Positions 23,619-37,440 of a DNA stretch of 64,000 nt are shown here, piece after piece. Each line of letters opens with the position of its first letter. The first letter of the stretch is position 1. Location of the stretch: positions 14,694,001-14,758,000 of the forward strand of contig JBHGNT010000003.1 in NCBI GenBank assembly GCA_043228905.1, given 5' to 3'. The position numbers and the translations under genes were made by a program. The notes beneath the pieces were generated by a model, which saw only the letters and a program-made list of their open reading frames with translations, had not been told where the DNA came from and ran no database searches. Source of the DNA: Azolla caroliniana (taxonomy: Eukaryota > Plantae > Polypodiophyta).

Positions 23619-24029
23619 TGTTAATCCTTAGGGTCGGACAATGGCCTAACACAAGGTGTCTCCGGAAGACACTTCACCAAAGGGGTGTTACGGTGAGATA
23701 ACTTAAGACACAATGATTAATCTGACTTAATTGGCTACTTAGCAATAGGGCATTCGCTTAATACACGCGTAAGATATAACAATTAATATAGAACGGTAAT
23801 CAATACGTGAAGATAAAACAAGAAGCTTATATTAATTCTCCATTAAAGTTTTACATTGTAACCAGGACTTTATATAGGTCACTGGTGCTGCATACAAAAC
23901 GGTGCCAACCGGCACTTGTTCGGAACGGGTCCGGATCTGGATTGGCATACCGATTCCGGTCCGTCCGTTCACTACTTAATTATAATCTATTCTACTTAAT
24001 TAAAATAGGTTCTGAATAACAATCCCTTT

Positions 24030-27000
24030 CACATTCTGGTCTTTGACTCCTTTGCCGGCTGGGTAGCACATGGCACGCCCGTGGCACAGTACCTTGTACG
24101 TCGAATCCCACTATCTGGCCCTTAGCCTTCGTCCAAGATATCCAGAATACTCTGCTCCAGGGTATCCAATGGTTGTTCGGAACTCTGTTGTTGTTGCTGT
24201 TGCGGCTGTTGTTGCTGTCGTGGCTATTGTTGATGTTGTTGCTGCTTCTCCGGCTCCTCCGATTGTTGCTCCTTAGATGGCGTCTATTCGGCTCCCGGTA
24301 CCGGCAGTTGTGGCGGTGATTCCTCCGTTAGCTGCTCTGCCGGATTTGACTCCGGTTGACTCACCCCGGCCTTGTCTCCGTCTGGTCCTTGCTCCGGTGA
24401 TGGCTCCTCATCGCTAAGGTTGACGGTCGCCGCCTACTTTGCTTCTTCTCTCCGTAGCCTGGTCCGCTCATAGCTTTCAAACTGGATTTGAGCATCCAGC
24501 CGATCATCGTCTAGCTATGCTACCAGTTGCCGAACCACTGCTGACTGTTCCTCCGCCAGAGTTACAAAATCTTCTGCTAACTCATCTCTTACGGTGGTGA
24601 AGTCCTCTTTTGTTAGCATGTAGTAGTCGTCGCCATCATACTGCCGGTTTTCCGCGTCAGCCCTTAGCAACTGGAGCTCGGCTGTGTGTTTTGCCCATTT
24701 GTCCCACCATTGCGCGGAGCTTTCGTCAATCAAGAGTTTTGTCTTATTCTTCCATGCTTGGACAATAAATTGGATCCATTCCAATCCCATCTTCAATTTG
24801 TCCTCTGCGGCTTGTCGTTCGTCCTTCAATTGCTTGATCAGTGCCACCGTATCCACCCCCTGCTCCTGGTAATGTGACAATTGGGTTTGATAGGTGTTCT
24901 GCAACCTGTGCAACACTATTGTCTCTCTTTGCTTCTCCTCAAAATGTTGTTTGTGGAGCTCCATACGTTCTTGCGTGGCTTCCTCCAGCAGCGTGGTTCT
25001 TTTAGCCCGTTCCTCCGCTAGCGCCGTCTCAACTCGATGCACCTCCTGCCGGAGCTTTGCCATCTTCTCCTATTGTTTCTTATGCTCCGTATCCAGGTGC
25101 TTGTAGTCCCGGTGCAGGTGCTCAAAATCATCGGTCTTCTGCTTCAGCTTTTGGTTGAGTTGCCGGCGAGCGCGGTCTTCCCAATCCTTCTGTTGACGGA
25201 GTTCTTCTTTCAGTCTTTCGATATTTGTTTCCGCCATCCGTCGCAGCTTTTCCTTTTCTTGCAGCGCCTTCTGTTTCTCTTCCTTCAGCCGGTCATATGC
25301 CTGATGTCCTTTCCGTAGATTCTCTCCTGCCTGGTGGAGGTTCTCAACAGTCTTTCTTTGCTCTTCTTCTACCACTTTCTTCAAGTCTCGCTCTCCAGTG
25401 CGTAAGGCTTCTTGTGCGGCCAGTTCATCTCTCAATTCAGCAAGCTCTTTTGCTTGCGCCACCACTATCTCCGGGACTGGTTCCGTCTCCGGGGTCTTAT
25501 TACTATGTACAGGTGCCGGTGTTTCTTTATTCTGTACATCTACCGGAGTCACCGGTGCTTGGATTGGTGGTCCAGTTAAGGACATTTTGGCCAATTCTTC
25601 TGTGGCCAGGTCCAAGTCTTGTTCTAACCTCCGGATCCTTGACCGGGCCATCTCTAGTTCTCCGGTTGTGACGAGCAACCGGTCCATCTGCGCTTTCTCT
25701 TCCGCCTCTATTTAGTGTACCACTCCGGCAATCTGTTCTCCAATCCACCAGAGCCATTGGTTGTCAATGCCCTGTTGTTGCGTCTGCCCGGAGGGTTGGC
25801 TATTGGTGTCGTTGGCCAGTGGTCGGTTTTGTCTCGTTGCATCGAGCTGCAACTTTGTCTCTGGTTGGTGACCACTTTGTCATTCCGGTTCCGGCTCCGT
25901 TGGCTGCTCCGCCTCCGATTGCGCTTGCCCTGCCGGTGGGGTAGGAGATTGTACTTTTGGCGCTTGCATTTCGGGTCTTGCCATATCCTGACCCGCCGGT
26001 AGAGTTTGTTGTGTAGGGAGCTCTGTGACCGGTTCTGTCCGAACCGGTTCCGGTTCCATCCTTGGTGCAGACTGCTCAGTGCGGGGTACAGGCGTTCCAT
26101 CCTTCTTTGGGTCCGAACGCTCCCCAGCCTGTTTGGAGGTGCTTGCCTTCTGGCGCCGCTAGAGGTGCTCTAATGGTTCCTCCTCCGCTTCCTCCTCCTG
26201 AGTCCCGATGTTGATTTTCGCTGCCAAGGGGTCCGACGCTTGTTGAACCGGTCGGTGAAGCCTGATCTTGATTGGTCGTGCCAGTGGCTCCTCCTGCGTT
26301 TCTGCCTCCAGCTTTCTATGGCGCGCTCCTTTGCCGCTTGGTCCGTGTCGGACGCCTTCTCTTTGGTTGCCTTAGAGGCCAACAACTATTGCCGTTTCGA
26401 GGCCATTTTCGGAGTGCCTTCGGTTGTTCTTCCCAGCTTCATGGTCTTGACGGGCTCGATAGGTGGCGCCAATAGGGTGAGCCATTGCGCCACTGCCATC
26501 CATTTCTTCCAACCCTCCTTGCCTTTGACAGAGTCAATGGCCGCACAAAGGCCATCCGCAATAAGTACTGGCCAGTCCACCTTCACGCCTTCGTATGTTG
26601 CTATGATTAAACCGGCCCGGTTCTGAGGCATGCACGGGGGTCGAGGGTATACATGTCCAAATTCATGGAGCACACGGGCAATCTCTCGAAAGAGTGGATC
26701 TTTGCCGCCCTGTGTTCGGTAGGCCTTGCTGGCCAAAAAGAATTCCCCAAAATATTTTCAAAGCTGCTCCGAGGTAGGGTTGTCGATAGTGAAGATGCCC
26801 CCTTCCGGAAGACCAATCAAAGCATGGATGGCCTCCTCCGTGATCAGTTCCGTGTCGATCACCTTTACTATCTTCTCCTCCTCCCGGTGCGGTGGTGCCT
26901 CCATGATTGTGAGGAATCCTTCTAACCCATGTTGCCTTAGCCACTTCTTGGCTGCTTCAGAGAGTGCTTGGCAATCCATGGCTTCTTCGAGGTCGGTGAG

Positions 27001-27204
27001 AGCTGGTGAGGGTTGTGTGTGAGGAGGCTCTATGTGCGTGGGCTCGCGTCTGCTGATCTTCAATCGCTTGTCTGCGTTTGTGCTCCTCTGTTCGCGAAAT
27101 GTGAAGGTTTCCATGCGGTGGGAGTTTTCTTGCTGCATGTTGCCGCCTTTTTTTTCTGACTCACGCGTGTGCACGTCGTGTACTAAAATAGAATGACGTG
27201 CCAT
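24030..27204 (-). pseudogene. Extra sense ORF of G (~1000 codons, disrupted): globular N-terminus, low-complexity linker, long coiled coil, Q-rich tail
   Basis: 26758-27204, 26386-26736 and 26170-26385 share one frame. 25070-25687 and 24515-25063 share another and are E/K/Q/L-rich. The 3' boundary is approximate. Confidence 0.7.
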
Positions 27205-27388
27205 GTGGCGGCGGTTTAATATCCTATTAATATCCCACTACGTACCTTTTCAAAGTGCCTATTCCCTTCTTGTTCTTGCATGTGTCCCTTCACCCCTCAC
27301 CTTTGCATGATTTACTTTGATTTGATTTGATTTGATTTGATTTGATTTATTTATTTATTTATTTATTTTTTTGATAAAAATGGTTTGG

Positions 27389-30300
27389 TTAATTCACATC
27401 CGATCCCATTGGACCCCTATCCGGATTGTGGGACTTACCAGCTGCTAGACTGCTTGATGTCGCATCGTTCTTGTCGTTTGCCGGCTCGTGCTCCCTCTTA
27501 CCGACCTCGCGCTTGCCGATTGCTAAATGTGTTGCCGTCTCTTCCGACTTACCGGTGTCCGGTTCTGTGTCTCCCTTTACTTGTTCAAATGGGTTTCTTG
27601 GCGTGGCTCCATTGTATGGTTTGAGTCGGAACCCATTGACCCATTTACCCAGAACCTCGTTGGCGAGTGTCCCTAACTAGTAGGAACTGTTGAACTCACG
27701 CGTAATCCAGTATGGTCCGGTCCACTGAAACCGTAGCTTCCTCGGCATCTTCCCCATCCGAGTCTGGAATACTAGTACCAACTTACCGATTCCGAACATC
27801 TTTTCGTTCCCTTTTCGGTGACAATCCACGAATGCTTTCCTTCGCCGCTACTCTAGTTCTAGGTGCATGATGCTGGCTAGTCGGTCTTCTTCCAATTCAC
27901 ACAACGCGGTTAACCGGGATACCTTCCGATTCCTTCTCATTTAGGCATTCCTGAATGTGTATTCGTAAAGTCGGTACCTAGAACTCCACTGGCATCACTG
28001 CTTCCAATCCGAATGTTAGGTGAAACGGTGTTGTGCGGATACTTGTCTTATATGTTGTTCGGTAGGCCCAGAGTGCACTGTGCAGCTTTGTGTCCCAATC
28101 CGTCTGGTTCTCATTGACGATTTTTCACAGGATGTTCTGTAGTGTTTTATTTGTTGACTTAGCTAATCCGTTGGCTTGCGATAATAGGGAGTGCTCCGTT
28201 TCTGCACCACCGCATAAAATGACGTCAAACTTTCCACTACTTCCCCTAAGAAGTGCCCACCTTGGTCACTTATGAGCTCTATCGGACATCCATACCGGCA
28301 CCAGATGCATTCATATAAAAATTTTGCCATGGATGCCGTGGTGTTGTCGCGTAGTGCTTTGGCTTCCACCCATTTTGTGCAGTAATCCGTAGCGACAATC
28401 ACGTACCGGTTGCCGGTTCTCATTGCCGGTGGTTTGAATGGACCGACAAAATCCATCCCCCATTTCTGAAATGGTTCTAACGGTAGCACGGGCTGGTGAG
28501 GCATCCTGGCTTGTTTGGTTGGTTGGCCCATTCGCTGACATAGGTCGCATTCTTTAGCGTACCGGATTGCATCCTTCAATGTTGTCGGCCACCATAGTCC
28601 ACTCTGCCATATTTTCCTTGCCATAGCGTCTCCGGCATAATGTCCTCTAGCCACGCCGCAGTGTGCTTCGCGCAATATTATTTCCTTTTCGTCCCTACGC
28701 ACTACACGCCGCCATATGCCATCTGCGCCTTTGTGGTACAGCTTGTCCTGTAATAGACAGAAGTGCCAGCTTTGAACCGCTAAGCGTTTCGTTTCGTCTC
28801 TGTTCATCTCCTTTGGAGGTAAGCCGGTGCTCAGAAATTGGTGCATGTTGGTGAGCCACTTGTTTTCCTCTGCGACCGTACCATCCATTGTCGTTTCTGC
28901 TGTAACTCTAAACAGCTTTGCATCCGGAAAATCGTCTGGGACGCCGTCACCGGTTTCGCCGGAATCTAAACGGCTCAAATAATCTGCTACCTCATGTTGT
29001 ATGTCGGGTCGGTGGAATATCTAGAACTCAAATTCTTGTAATAGTAACGTCCACTGGGCCAACTTACCGGTGAGTGATGCTTTGGACACCAAGTAAAGGA
29101 GCGCCGAATGATCTACGTGAAAGGAAAATTTCCTTCCCAACATATAGTGTCTAAACTTGGTGACATTGTAGATCATACCCAAGGCCTCTCTTTCCGTTGT
29201 GGAATAATTACGTTCCGGTTGGGACAGCTTCCGGTTGGCATAATACACTGGTCGGTACATTTCGGTTCTGTAAGTTGCATCAACGCGCTCCCGATTGCGA
29301 TGTCGGACACGTCAACAAACACATGGAACTCTTTAGACCAATCCGGAGGTTGCACCACCGGTGCTTGTGACAACAGTACTTTTAATGCCCGGTAAGCCTG
29401 GTCCTTTGTGTCCGTCCATCGAAAAGGTATCCGATGTACCGCGGCATGCAATGGTGTAGTCAGGTCTGCCAGATACCGGAGCATTCGACTATGCCACCGA
29501 ATTTGTCCTAAGAACCGGCTTAATGCCTTTGCCGTGGCTGGTGCCGGTGCCTCCAGAATTGCTTTTACTTTGTCCGGATCCACTGTGATGCCGTCCTTGC
29601 TCACTTTGTGGCCTAGTAACGCTCCGCTAGTTACTCCAAACACGCATTTTGCCAAGTTAAGGCTTTGCCGGTAAACCCTACATTTCTCCAAACATATTCG
29701 GAGGTGTTGAAGGTGATCCCCTTCCCGGCTATAAACAACGAAGTCGTCCAAGAACACCTGCATGAATGCCGGAATGAATTCTCCGAAAATCTCCATGATG
29801 ATCCGCTGGAAGGTTGTCGGTGCCGTTTTCGGTCCGAACATCATCACTACGGCAACAAAGACTCCCCATTCAGTGACAAAAGCGGTTTTCTCCTGGTCAA
29901 CGGGTGCATCCGGATCTGATTATAGTTGTTGAACCCGTCCAAAAAACTGTACACCTCATGACCGGCGACCGCATCCAGGACTCCATCCGTGAATGGAAGC
30001 GGGAAGGCGTCTGTTACCATAGCCGCATTCAATTTCCGGTAGTCGACGCACACTCTTATCTTACCGTTCTTTCTGGGTACTACAACTATCGGACTGAGCC
30101 ATGTGGCTTTCTTTAGCGGTCAAATGAAGCCCACTCTTAGCAATTTGTCGATTTCTTCTTTGACTTTTGTTGCGTAATTTGGGTTCATCCGGTAACGTCG
30201 TTGCGCTACCGGCTTGGCGTCTTTACTCAGATGTATCTGGTGTTGATACAACTGAGGATTGAGTCCCCGCATGTCCTCGTAGGTCCAGGCGAACACATCG

Positions 30301-32472
30301 CGAAATTCTTTTAGGAGTGTGATCATTTCCGTTTTGTTCTCCGGGGTCATTTCCTTGGCGATGTGCACCGGTCTTGTGTCCTCTGTGGTACCTAGGTTTA
30401 CCTCTTCTAGTCGGGATGCTTTCACGCGTTGCGACACTGCCATTTCTCTTTCCAATGCCTCTTGTGCTTGCCGTAATTCCCGGATTGCTTCTTTATCCGG
30501 TTCCTCGTCGGTTCCGTCCGGTTGCAGTATGTACGGTGATACTTCTTTAGCTATATCAATCTCGAACAGAAGTACGATCTTCGGATTTTCCTGTAAGTAC
30601 TGATCGATCTCTTCGTCCACCAATCCTTCCAGCATGTTGACACATTCCGCATATAGCGGCGTCGATTCCTTGTCGGTTCCGGACCGTGGTTGAGTCGGTA
30701 CTCGCACTTTCACTTTTCCACGCCGGAACGTAATCATATTCTTCCTCTAGTTTTGCTTGATGTGTGTTGTTTTTAACCAAGGGCGTCCCAACAATAGTGG
30801 GTAAGCTCCCTGAGCCTGTAGCTGGAGAACTACTGCGGAAATGCGAAATGTGTGACCCCCGATGGTCACTTCTAGATCACGTATTAATCCGGTAGGCCCT
30901 ACTGAGCTTGTGTCCGTCAACCGAAGCCAAAACGGGCATTGTTCCCAGTCATGGATTCCTAGAGTGTTATATGTTCGGAGGCTAATCATGTTCACGCCAG
31001 ATCCTCCATCGATAATCGTGTCAGGTAGCTCATTACCTTTCACGATGGTTGTGATTGTCAGACTGCTCGTGTCCACCACTACCGGTCCTTCCTCCAGATT
31101 TGAAAAGAATGTTGGAGCCGGAAGTGTGTCGGCTGTCGTCCTTCCTGTCTTCAGTCCTTCCGTGAGGCGTGGTACCAGTTGCAATAGCCGGCCTAATGGC
31201 AGCGTTATTTGGAATTCTTGTAACGCCTGCCATGTTGGGTTTTCGGGCTACCCCGGGCCGGTGAGCTCTTCGGCATTCTCCTTTTGTTGTTCGAGCTCTG
31301 CCGCATTCCGCTCATTTGCCTTCTTCACCCATTTGGTTGCCTTTTTCTGAATGGCTTCTTGAGTTTCCCACTCCGTGGCTTTACCTTTTGATCTTGTAGT
31401 GACTTGTTGTATGTCCACGACTTCCGTGTCTACCATGTTCACCGTTGGTCACTTGTCATAGCTCTTCGCCGGACATTGATTACTATAGTCGCCTTCTTGC
31501 CGACAATAATAGCAGTACGACTTCCGGGTGTTGCTGGATTCGGCGTGTGTGCTTGGTGGAGGTCCTGTGGTAAGTGCTTGGTTTTGGTCCGGTTGGCTTC
31601 TTGGAGCGCCCTTTTCTGGTTCCCGTGGATGACCCCCCTTTTTGTTGAAATGACGTTTCTTGTTGAAATTCTTTTTGTTTCAGTAACCTTGACGGTGCTA
31701 GTCGTCATACTTGCCATAGTCGTCCCGTCATTGGTTGCAACCAAGGGAGTGATCCCGGTTGTATCTCTCGTACTATCCATTATAGTCCCGGTATCTATCC
31801 TGTCTGTCATACCGGTCATAAGCGTCTCTTCAATCACTGTACCGGACATCTTGTGCCGGCCGATAGCGCTCCTCTCGCCGCCAGCGTTCTTCTTCTTCCT
31901 CCCGGTTGCTTCGTGGTTGAATTTGCCGGACCGGTGGTGCTTGCCGATTTAACAAGTTATACTCACACCGTTCCATTGTGTGACTTCTAGAGTGGCAGAG
32001 CAAGCATTGGGAACGCATGGTGCATTCCAGCGCCGAATGTCCGGAATTCAGGCATGTCGTACATTGAACTGCTTGTCGGAAACGGAGGTCCTCATCTGTC
32101 AGTAGTGCACGCTGAAGTGCACCCATGGTTAGCCATGAACTTGAGCTTTCCATTTCCCGAACTCAGTCGATCACTTGATCTATGTTGTTTGTGCGGAAAT
32201 CAATGACGGTGCACACCGTTCGTAAGGGTTCCCAGAGTGCTACTAAGAATATGGCCTTTGTTTCTTCCTCCGGTGGTGTCCGGCTAAGCTAACTGTGGAT
32301 CCGCTGGAACCGGGTGACAAACTGTTGAATGTTCTCCGTTGGTTCCTACCGGATACTGTAAAATAAGCTTACCATTTCCCGTTGGTCCATCTCCTTGTGA
32401 AAGAAATGCAAACATTTTGTCTTTAATGTTTCAAACGTGGGGATGGTGCTGGGATCTTGTGTTCGGTGCCAT
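27389..32472 (-). pseudogene. Disrupted gag-pol of G
   Basis: Collinear ORF fragments separated by stops and frameshifts. Confidence 0.88.
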
Positions 32473-34844
32473 ACTTCTCACTACCTTCTTGTCGACTAAG
32501 TCCCACAACCTGTACCTGAACTCATCTTCCAAGTATCCCATGAATATGCATGCTTTCGACTTGTTGTCGAGCTTTGACCTCTGATCCTTTGGTACATGCA
32601 TAAACGCCAAACATCTAAACACCCTCAAGTGTTGGTAGGAGACATCCTTCCCTATCCACACCTTCTGTGGGACATCACCCTTTAGAGGTACTGAGGGAGA
32701 CCTGTTGATCAGATAAACAACTGTGTACATCGCCTCAGCCCAATAAGATTTCGGTAGTTTCGCATGAGAGAGCATGCTCCTCACTCTCTCTATGATCGTT
32801 CGATTCATCCTCTCTGCAAGCCCGTTAAACTCTGGGATCTTTGGCACTGTGTATTCGATCCAAATACCTTGGCACTTGCAGTATTCCTCGAACTACCCTT
32901 TGTACTCGCCACCATTGTCGGTTCGGACAGCCTTCAATTTCCGACCCGACTCTCTTTCAATTTTTGCCTGGAACTCCTTGAAAACCGATAGTACTTGATC
33001 CTTCGATTTAAGTACGAAGGCCCATGTTTTCCGATTGTAGTCGTCAATAAACATTACATAATATTTTCCTCGTCGATGCGATGGAGCATGCACATAGCAC
33101 ACATCCGTGTGCACTAGTTCCAGTGCAGCTTCTCTTCTCCTCGGTGGTCTCGAGTGGAATGTTGTCCTGTTCTGCTTTCAGGCTAAGTAGTCGACACACT
33201 TCTCCAGGTGCACACCCTTGACTTCTAGTAGAAGTTTCTGGTTGGCTAACAGGTGCATTCCCTTCTCAGTCATGTGGCCTAGTCTCTTATGCCATATCTC
33301 CCCTGCCGAGTCGGCTGCCACGTTTACTTCCGATTTGCACAGTCGGGCCTGCATCATGTACAATGTGCCTTCTTTCTGTGCTCGGGCCACTATGAAATTT
33401 CCTCGGCAGAACTTCCACTGTAGCCTTCATCGTCAAGCCTTCCAGTCGATATCAGATTCAATCTGATATCGGGGACGTGTCGAACATCCTTCAACGTCAG
33501 TCAACACCATGTCGACGTCGTTAACCACACACTTCCGACTCTGGTTATCTTGCACTCTCCACTATCACCCATCTTTACATAGCAATGATCCTCGACTATG
33601 TAAGTCGAGAAGTACTCTCTCGACGAAGTAATGTGAAAGGATGCACTGGAGTCGATCACCCAAGTGCACTCTTCGCTTGCAAGATTTGCACTTGCCTGTT
33701 CATAGATGAACAGAAGTTCCTCATTGCTCATAGCAATGGCCGAAGTGATCTTTTCATCCGGAATCTTCCGAGGTTCGACATTATTTCCGACACTCTTGTC
33801 TTTTCTCATGTGTCGGCAATCCTTCCAGAAGTGTCCAGGTTCTCCACAATAAAAGCACACAGTCTTACCTCTGGACCTCGATCTAGCGTGGGATTTGTCC
33901 GTTCGATGCAGACTCCTTCTTCACCGGTCTCTTCCTCTATCCATATGTTGAGTCAGATTCGACTCCGTTTGGGACAGGACTCCTTTGTCTTTCCTCCTTG
34001 CCTCCTCGTTTAGGATGTTTGTCTTCACCGTCTATAAAGACAAGTTCTCTTCTTGACAGGAGGTGCTGAGAGTAACCACCAGGTTCTCCCAGCTTTCCGG
34101 CAGTGTGCACATCAGTGGGATGGCCTGCATTGCATCATCCAAGGGAAACTTGGTCGCAACAAGTTGATTTACATACCCCATAAATGTGCTGATGTGTTCA
34201 ACGATGCTCTCACCATCTCTGTATTTCAGCTGTACGATTTTTCTCATTAGCGAGGTTCTGTTTAGCGTGTTCTTCCTCTCATACAGACCCGACAACTTCT
34301 GCCACATCATGTGGGCATTCGTGTCATTCACCACATGTTGAAGGACACTTACATTGACACATTGTCGAATTGTGGCCACCACCTTCCTATTCAGAAGCTT
34401 CCATTCCGACTCCAATACCCCCTGGGTATTTCTGCTCTGTCAACTAGCTCGTACAGGTCTTTAACTTCCATCTTTATCTTCCACTCTACATAGTTCTGTG
34501 AGTTTAGAACTATCATACCTGGGAAACCACTAACACCTCCTTCCATGCTTGCACCTCAAGCTCTAATACCAAATTGTTGAGAAATCGTTGCGGAATTAAT
34601 CATGATTATCGAACTACGCGCTGAAATACGATTCACAAAAATGGCAGAAAGACAAGATAAACAGATGTACACAGAGATTTACGTGGAAACCCTAAAATGG
34701 GGAAAACCACAAGTGCACAGAAATTCACTATGCAAAATGGATATACAACACCGAGAGGAATACAACACTCTGTCGAATGTATCAGCCGCACAGGGCTCTT
34801 TGCGTCTGCTGTTACTCACTCAACTATGGTGCAGCTCACGCACA

Positions 34845-34855
<11 letters not shown>

Positions 34856-34930
<75 letters not shown>
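34856..34930. repeat. Long (TC)n microsatellite at the LINE insertion point in the F LTR
   Basis: Directly visible, preceded by a (CA)n run. Confidence 0.9.
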
Positions 34931-34935
<5 letters not shown>

Positions 34936-35414
34936 CAACGGTCGTGACACGGTCTCTTTGCAACGGTCGTGCGCCACGCTGTCGTCGCTGCCGTCTGCGA
35001 CGTCTGTCACCGCCTGCTACCGTCCTGCACTCTCTCTCTCTCCCCCCCATCGTGTTGTCGTCTGTTTCCGCACTACCGCCTCTGACGTCCGTCGCCGTCT
35101 ACTGTCGTCTGCTACTATCTGTTGATGTCCATCGTTGTCTGCTGACGTCCGTCGCCGTCTGCTGCCGTCTGCGTGCTGGACGACCTGCTGTCGTTCGTCA
35201 TCGTCCGTTGTAGTCGCCATTGCCGTTGACGTGTTCTTCTCCTTCTTGTTCTTGAGGTTGCCGAGTGTCGTGTTTCTTTTCTTGGCGGCGCATCCTTGTT
35301 CTTTTAGCATGCTCATCGCGTGCAAAATGCCGATGTGACTACAACATACACACAAACTCGGCTAAGTCTCGAACCCATTTATTTTATCCTTTTTTTTTTC
35401 TTATTGACACTACA

Positions 35415-36221
35415 ATGTCTAAACGAAAGGAACACAAGGATACACAAGACGAGGCTATAAGTAAGGAGGACTTTTTGGATATGTTTAACCGTTTAACAAA
35501 AATAGAGATGGATATGAAAAAATGGGTGAAAGACGCCGAAACCCACAAGAAAAAAGATAGAGAGGAAAAAGACACCCTCAAGGCCGAAATAGAAAAACTT
35601 AAAAAGGAAAACACAAACCTCAAACAACAACTTAATGACATCAAGGTATCCCAAGAGGATGGTGAAATATCCTCCATAGAGGATATAAAAGATGAGATCA
35701 AAAAAGTTAAAGAGGAGGTTAAAAATAACATAGAGTTAGCAAAAACGGGTTGGGTAGATGTGGTTAAAAGAAACATTAAAAAAGAAATAAAGGATGAAAA
35801 TATTGTTAATACCACCCTCGAAGAGGAGAAAATGCGTCAAGCCCGATGCCTAAATGTGCGTGTCACTGGGCTCAAGGAAGGTGCATCCCCGGATGAGGAT
35901 GCACAAACACTCGGGAAAATGTTAGGGTACACAACGACCCTACCTATCACCAAAGCTTGGAGGGTCAGACGCGACACAACTAGGAAGAGAGCCTTAGTTC
36001 TTCAATTTAAAGACTTAGACTCTAGAATCACTTTCTTTAAGAAGAGACCAATTCTTCGAGGATTGGGTGGGGACCCTATCTATCTCGATGAAGACCTCAC
36101 CAAGATGCAAATTGAGCATCGCAAGAGTTGTATGCCAAAGGTTATGCAAGCTCATAAAGACGGGCATCGCGCCTTTTATCGAGATGGGCGAGTGATCATA
36201 AATGATCGCACTACTAATTGA
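35415..36221 (+). CDS. LINE ORF1 protein, 268 aa (coiled coil + L1-ORF1p-like RRM/CTD)
   Basis: Intact ORF with K/E-rich coiled coil followed by NVRVTGLKE, IYLDEDLT and YRDGRVIIN. It ends 36 bp before the ORF2 ATG. Confidence 0.8.
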   Translation: MSKRKEHKDTQDEAISKEDFLDMFNRLTKIEMDMKKWVKDAETHKKKDREEKDTLKAEIEKLKKENTNLKQQLNDIKVSQEDGEISSIEDIKDEIKKVKEEVKNNIELAKTGWVDVVKRNIKKEIKDENIVNTTLEEEKMRQARCLNVRVTGLKEGASPDEDAQTLGKMLGYTTTLPITKAWRVRRDTTRKRALVLQFKDLDSRITFFKKRPILRGLGGDPIYLDEDLTKMQIEHRKSCMPKVMQAHKDGHRAFYRDGRVIINDRTTN

Positions 36222-37440
36222 CGGCGTGTGGCCCATGTGACAAAAAACACACTTAGGATGACCATATGGAATTGTAACGGCGCACTCTGGACACACCCCG
36301 GCCGCCTAGAGGGGATATTAAAGGAATCGGATATAGTTTGCCTAGTAGAAACACACCAAAGCCCAAATAGGGGACTCCCACGAGTCGAAGGATTTCATTG
36401 GGAGTCGGCTTTTAGACAAACCTCACGTCGATGCACTACCAGGGGATCTAGAGGTGTCGCAATATTGTTTCGGAGGGAGCTACATAATAGGATAGAAATA
36501 CTGAGCACAGACCCAGAAGCTCATTTTATGTGGGTGAAAGTCTCCACAAGCAAGGACAAGGCAGTATTTTTCGCCATTTGTTACTTTCCCCCGAAAGGCT
36601 CTCGTTATAATCTGGCTGGCGAGGCGAGATTAGTTGATGATGGACTGCCACATGGGCCTTCCCCATATTAACCTCTATCGAATGACATAATCTGATATTC
36701 TTCCCAAGGAGAAGTATTCCTTGTAGGAGACTTTAATGCGAGAACCCAATCCCGACAATGCACAATATTTCAAATGAATAGAAACCTAGAAATGGTAAAT
36801 GTCAATCCATTAGACATAGACACCACACGTAGATCAAAGGATCAAGGTGCAAACGCCACGAGCTTTGGCCATCATTTGCTCGAACTCAGTAGTCGGCACC
36901 AGATGTTCATATATAATGGTTTAGCCAAGTGGCCAGGTTCGGAAGAGCTCACATGTTTCCCACATGGAGGAGGGGAAAGCACAGTCAATTATCTAATAGG
37001 ACGCCCTGAAGCTACCCACATGATTAACTCCTTCCGAGTGGCCCCATGTCCTATTGGCGTGGACCATAGTTTCTTATACTTCGAGATAAAATGCAATATC
37101 TCTAACGTCACCAACTCTAGTCAACCACGCCATGACATCACAATACATTTCACACATGAGCTCTCTGACATATATGCTCAGCATGTTCAAGCCCATCTCT
37201 CCTCCCTTGATCTCTCCCTACCTTTAGAGAGCCTTAGTACGAAACTCACACACATCCTTCACTCTGCAGCAGTTAGCAGTTTCCCATACACGAAACACTC
37301 CAATCAAGGTAAAGTAGGATCTATGCCACAAAATAGATGGTATGATGAGGATTGTAGGTGCTTACATAGACAACTTACAATATCGCAACTCAGTGGTAGT
37401 ATTACCTCAGTACAAGCTCGTAAAGAAATGTGCAAGATGA

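Larger units (their letters stand above)
23619..32472 (-). mobile_element. Ty3/gypsy element G (non-chromovirus, Athila/Phygy/Selgy-like), 5'-truncated, with extra 3' ORF
   Basis: 3' LTR 23619-24021, purine tract GAAAGGGAT. Domain order gag (CCHC knuckles)-PR (IIDGGSG)-RT (CVDYRKLN, VFLDD)-RH-INT (H2C2, WGMDF, WTGPY). No chromodomain seen. Confidence 0.9.

Noticed and set aside
23303-23915. ~310-bp tandem duplication
   Set aside because: Better explained as G's 3' LTR inserted in a diverged sister LTR, since the second unit starts with a clean TG terminus.
24515-25687. Host myosin/SMC-like gene or retroviral env
   Set aside because: Intronless, inside G between pol and the PPT, and without an obvious signal peptide or transmembrane helix.
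34856-34931. Microsatellite-specific targeting by the RTEX-like LINE
   Set aside because: Only this copy lies in (TC)n; the copies at 56.1, 58.6 and 59.7 kb have non-microsatellite 3' flanks.
34602-35355. ORFs with SLSLSL/RERERE runs (also 1067-1252)
   Set aside because: Translations of (TC)n microsatellites and the LINE 5' UTR.
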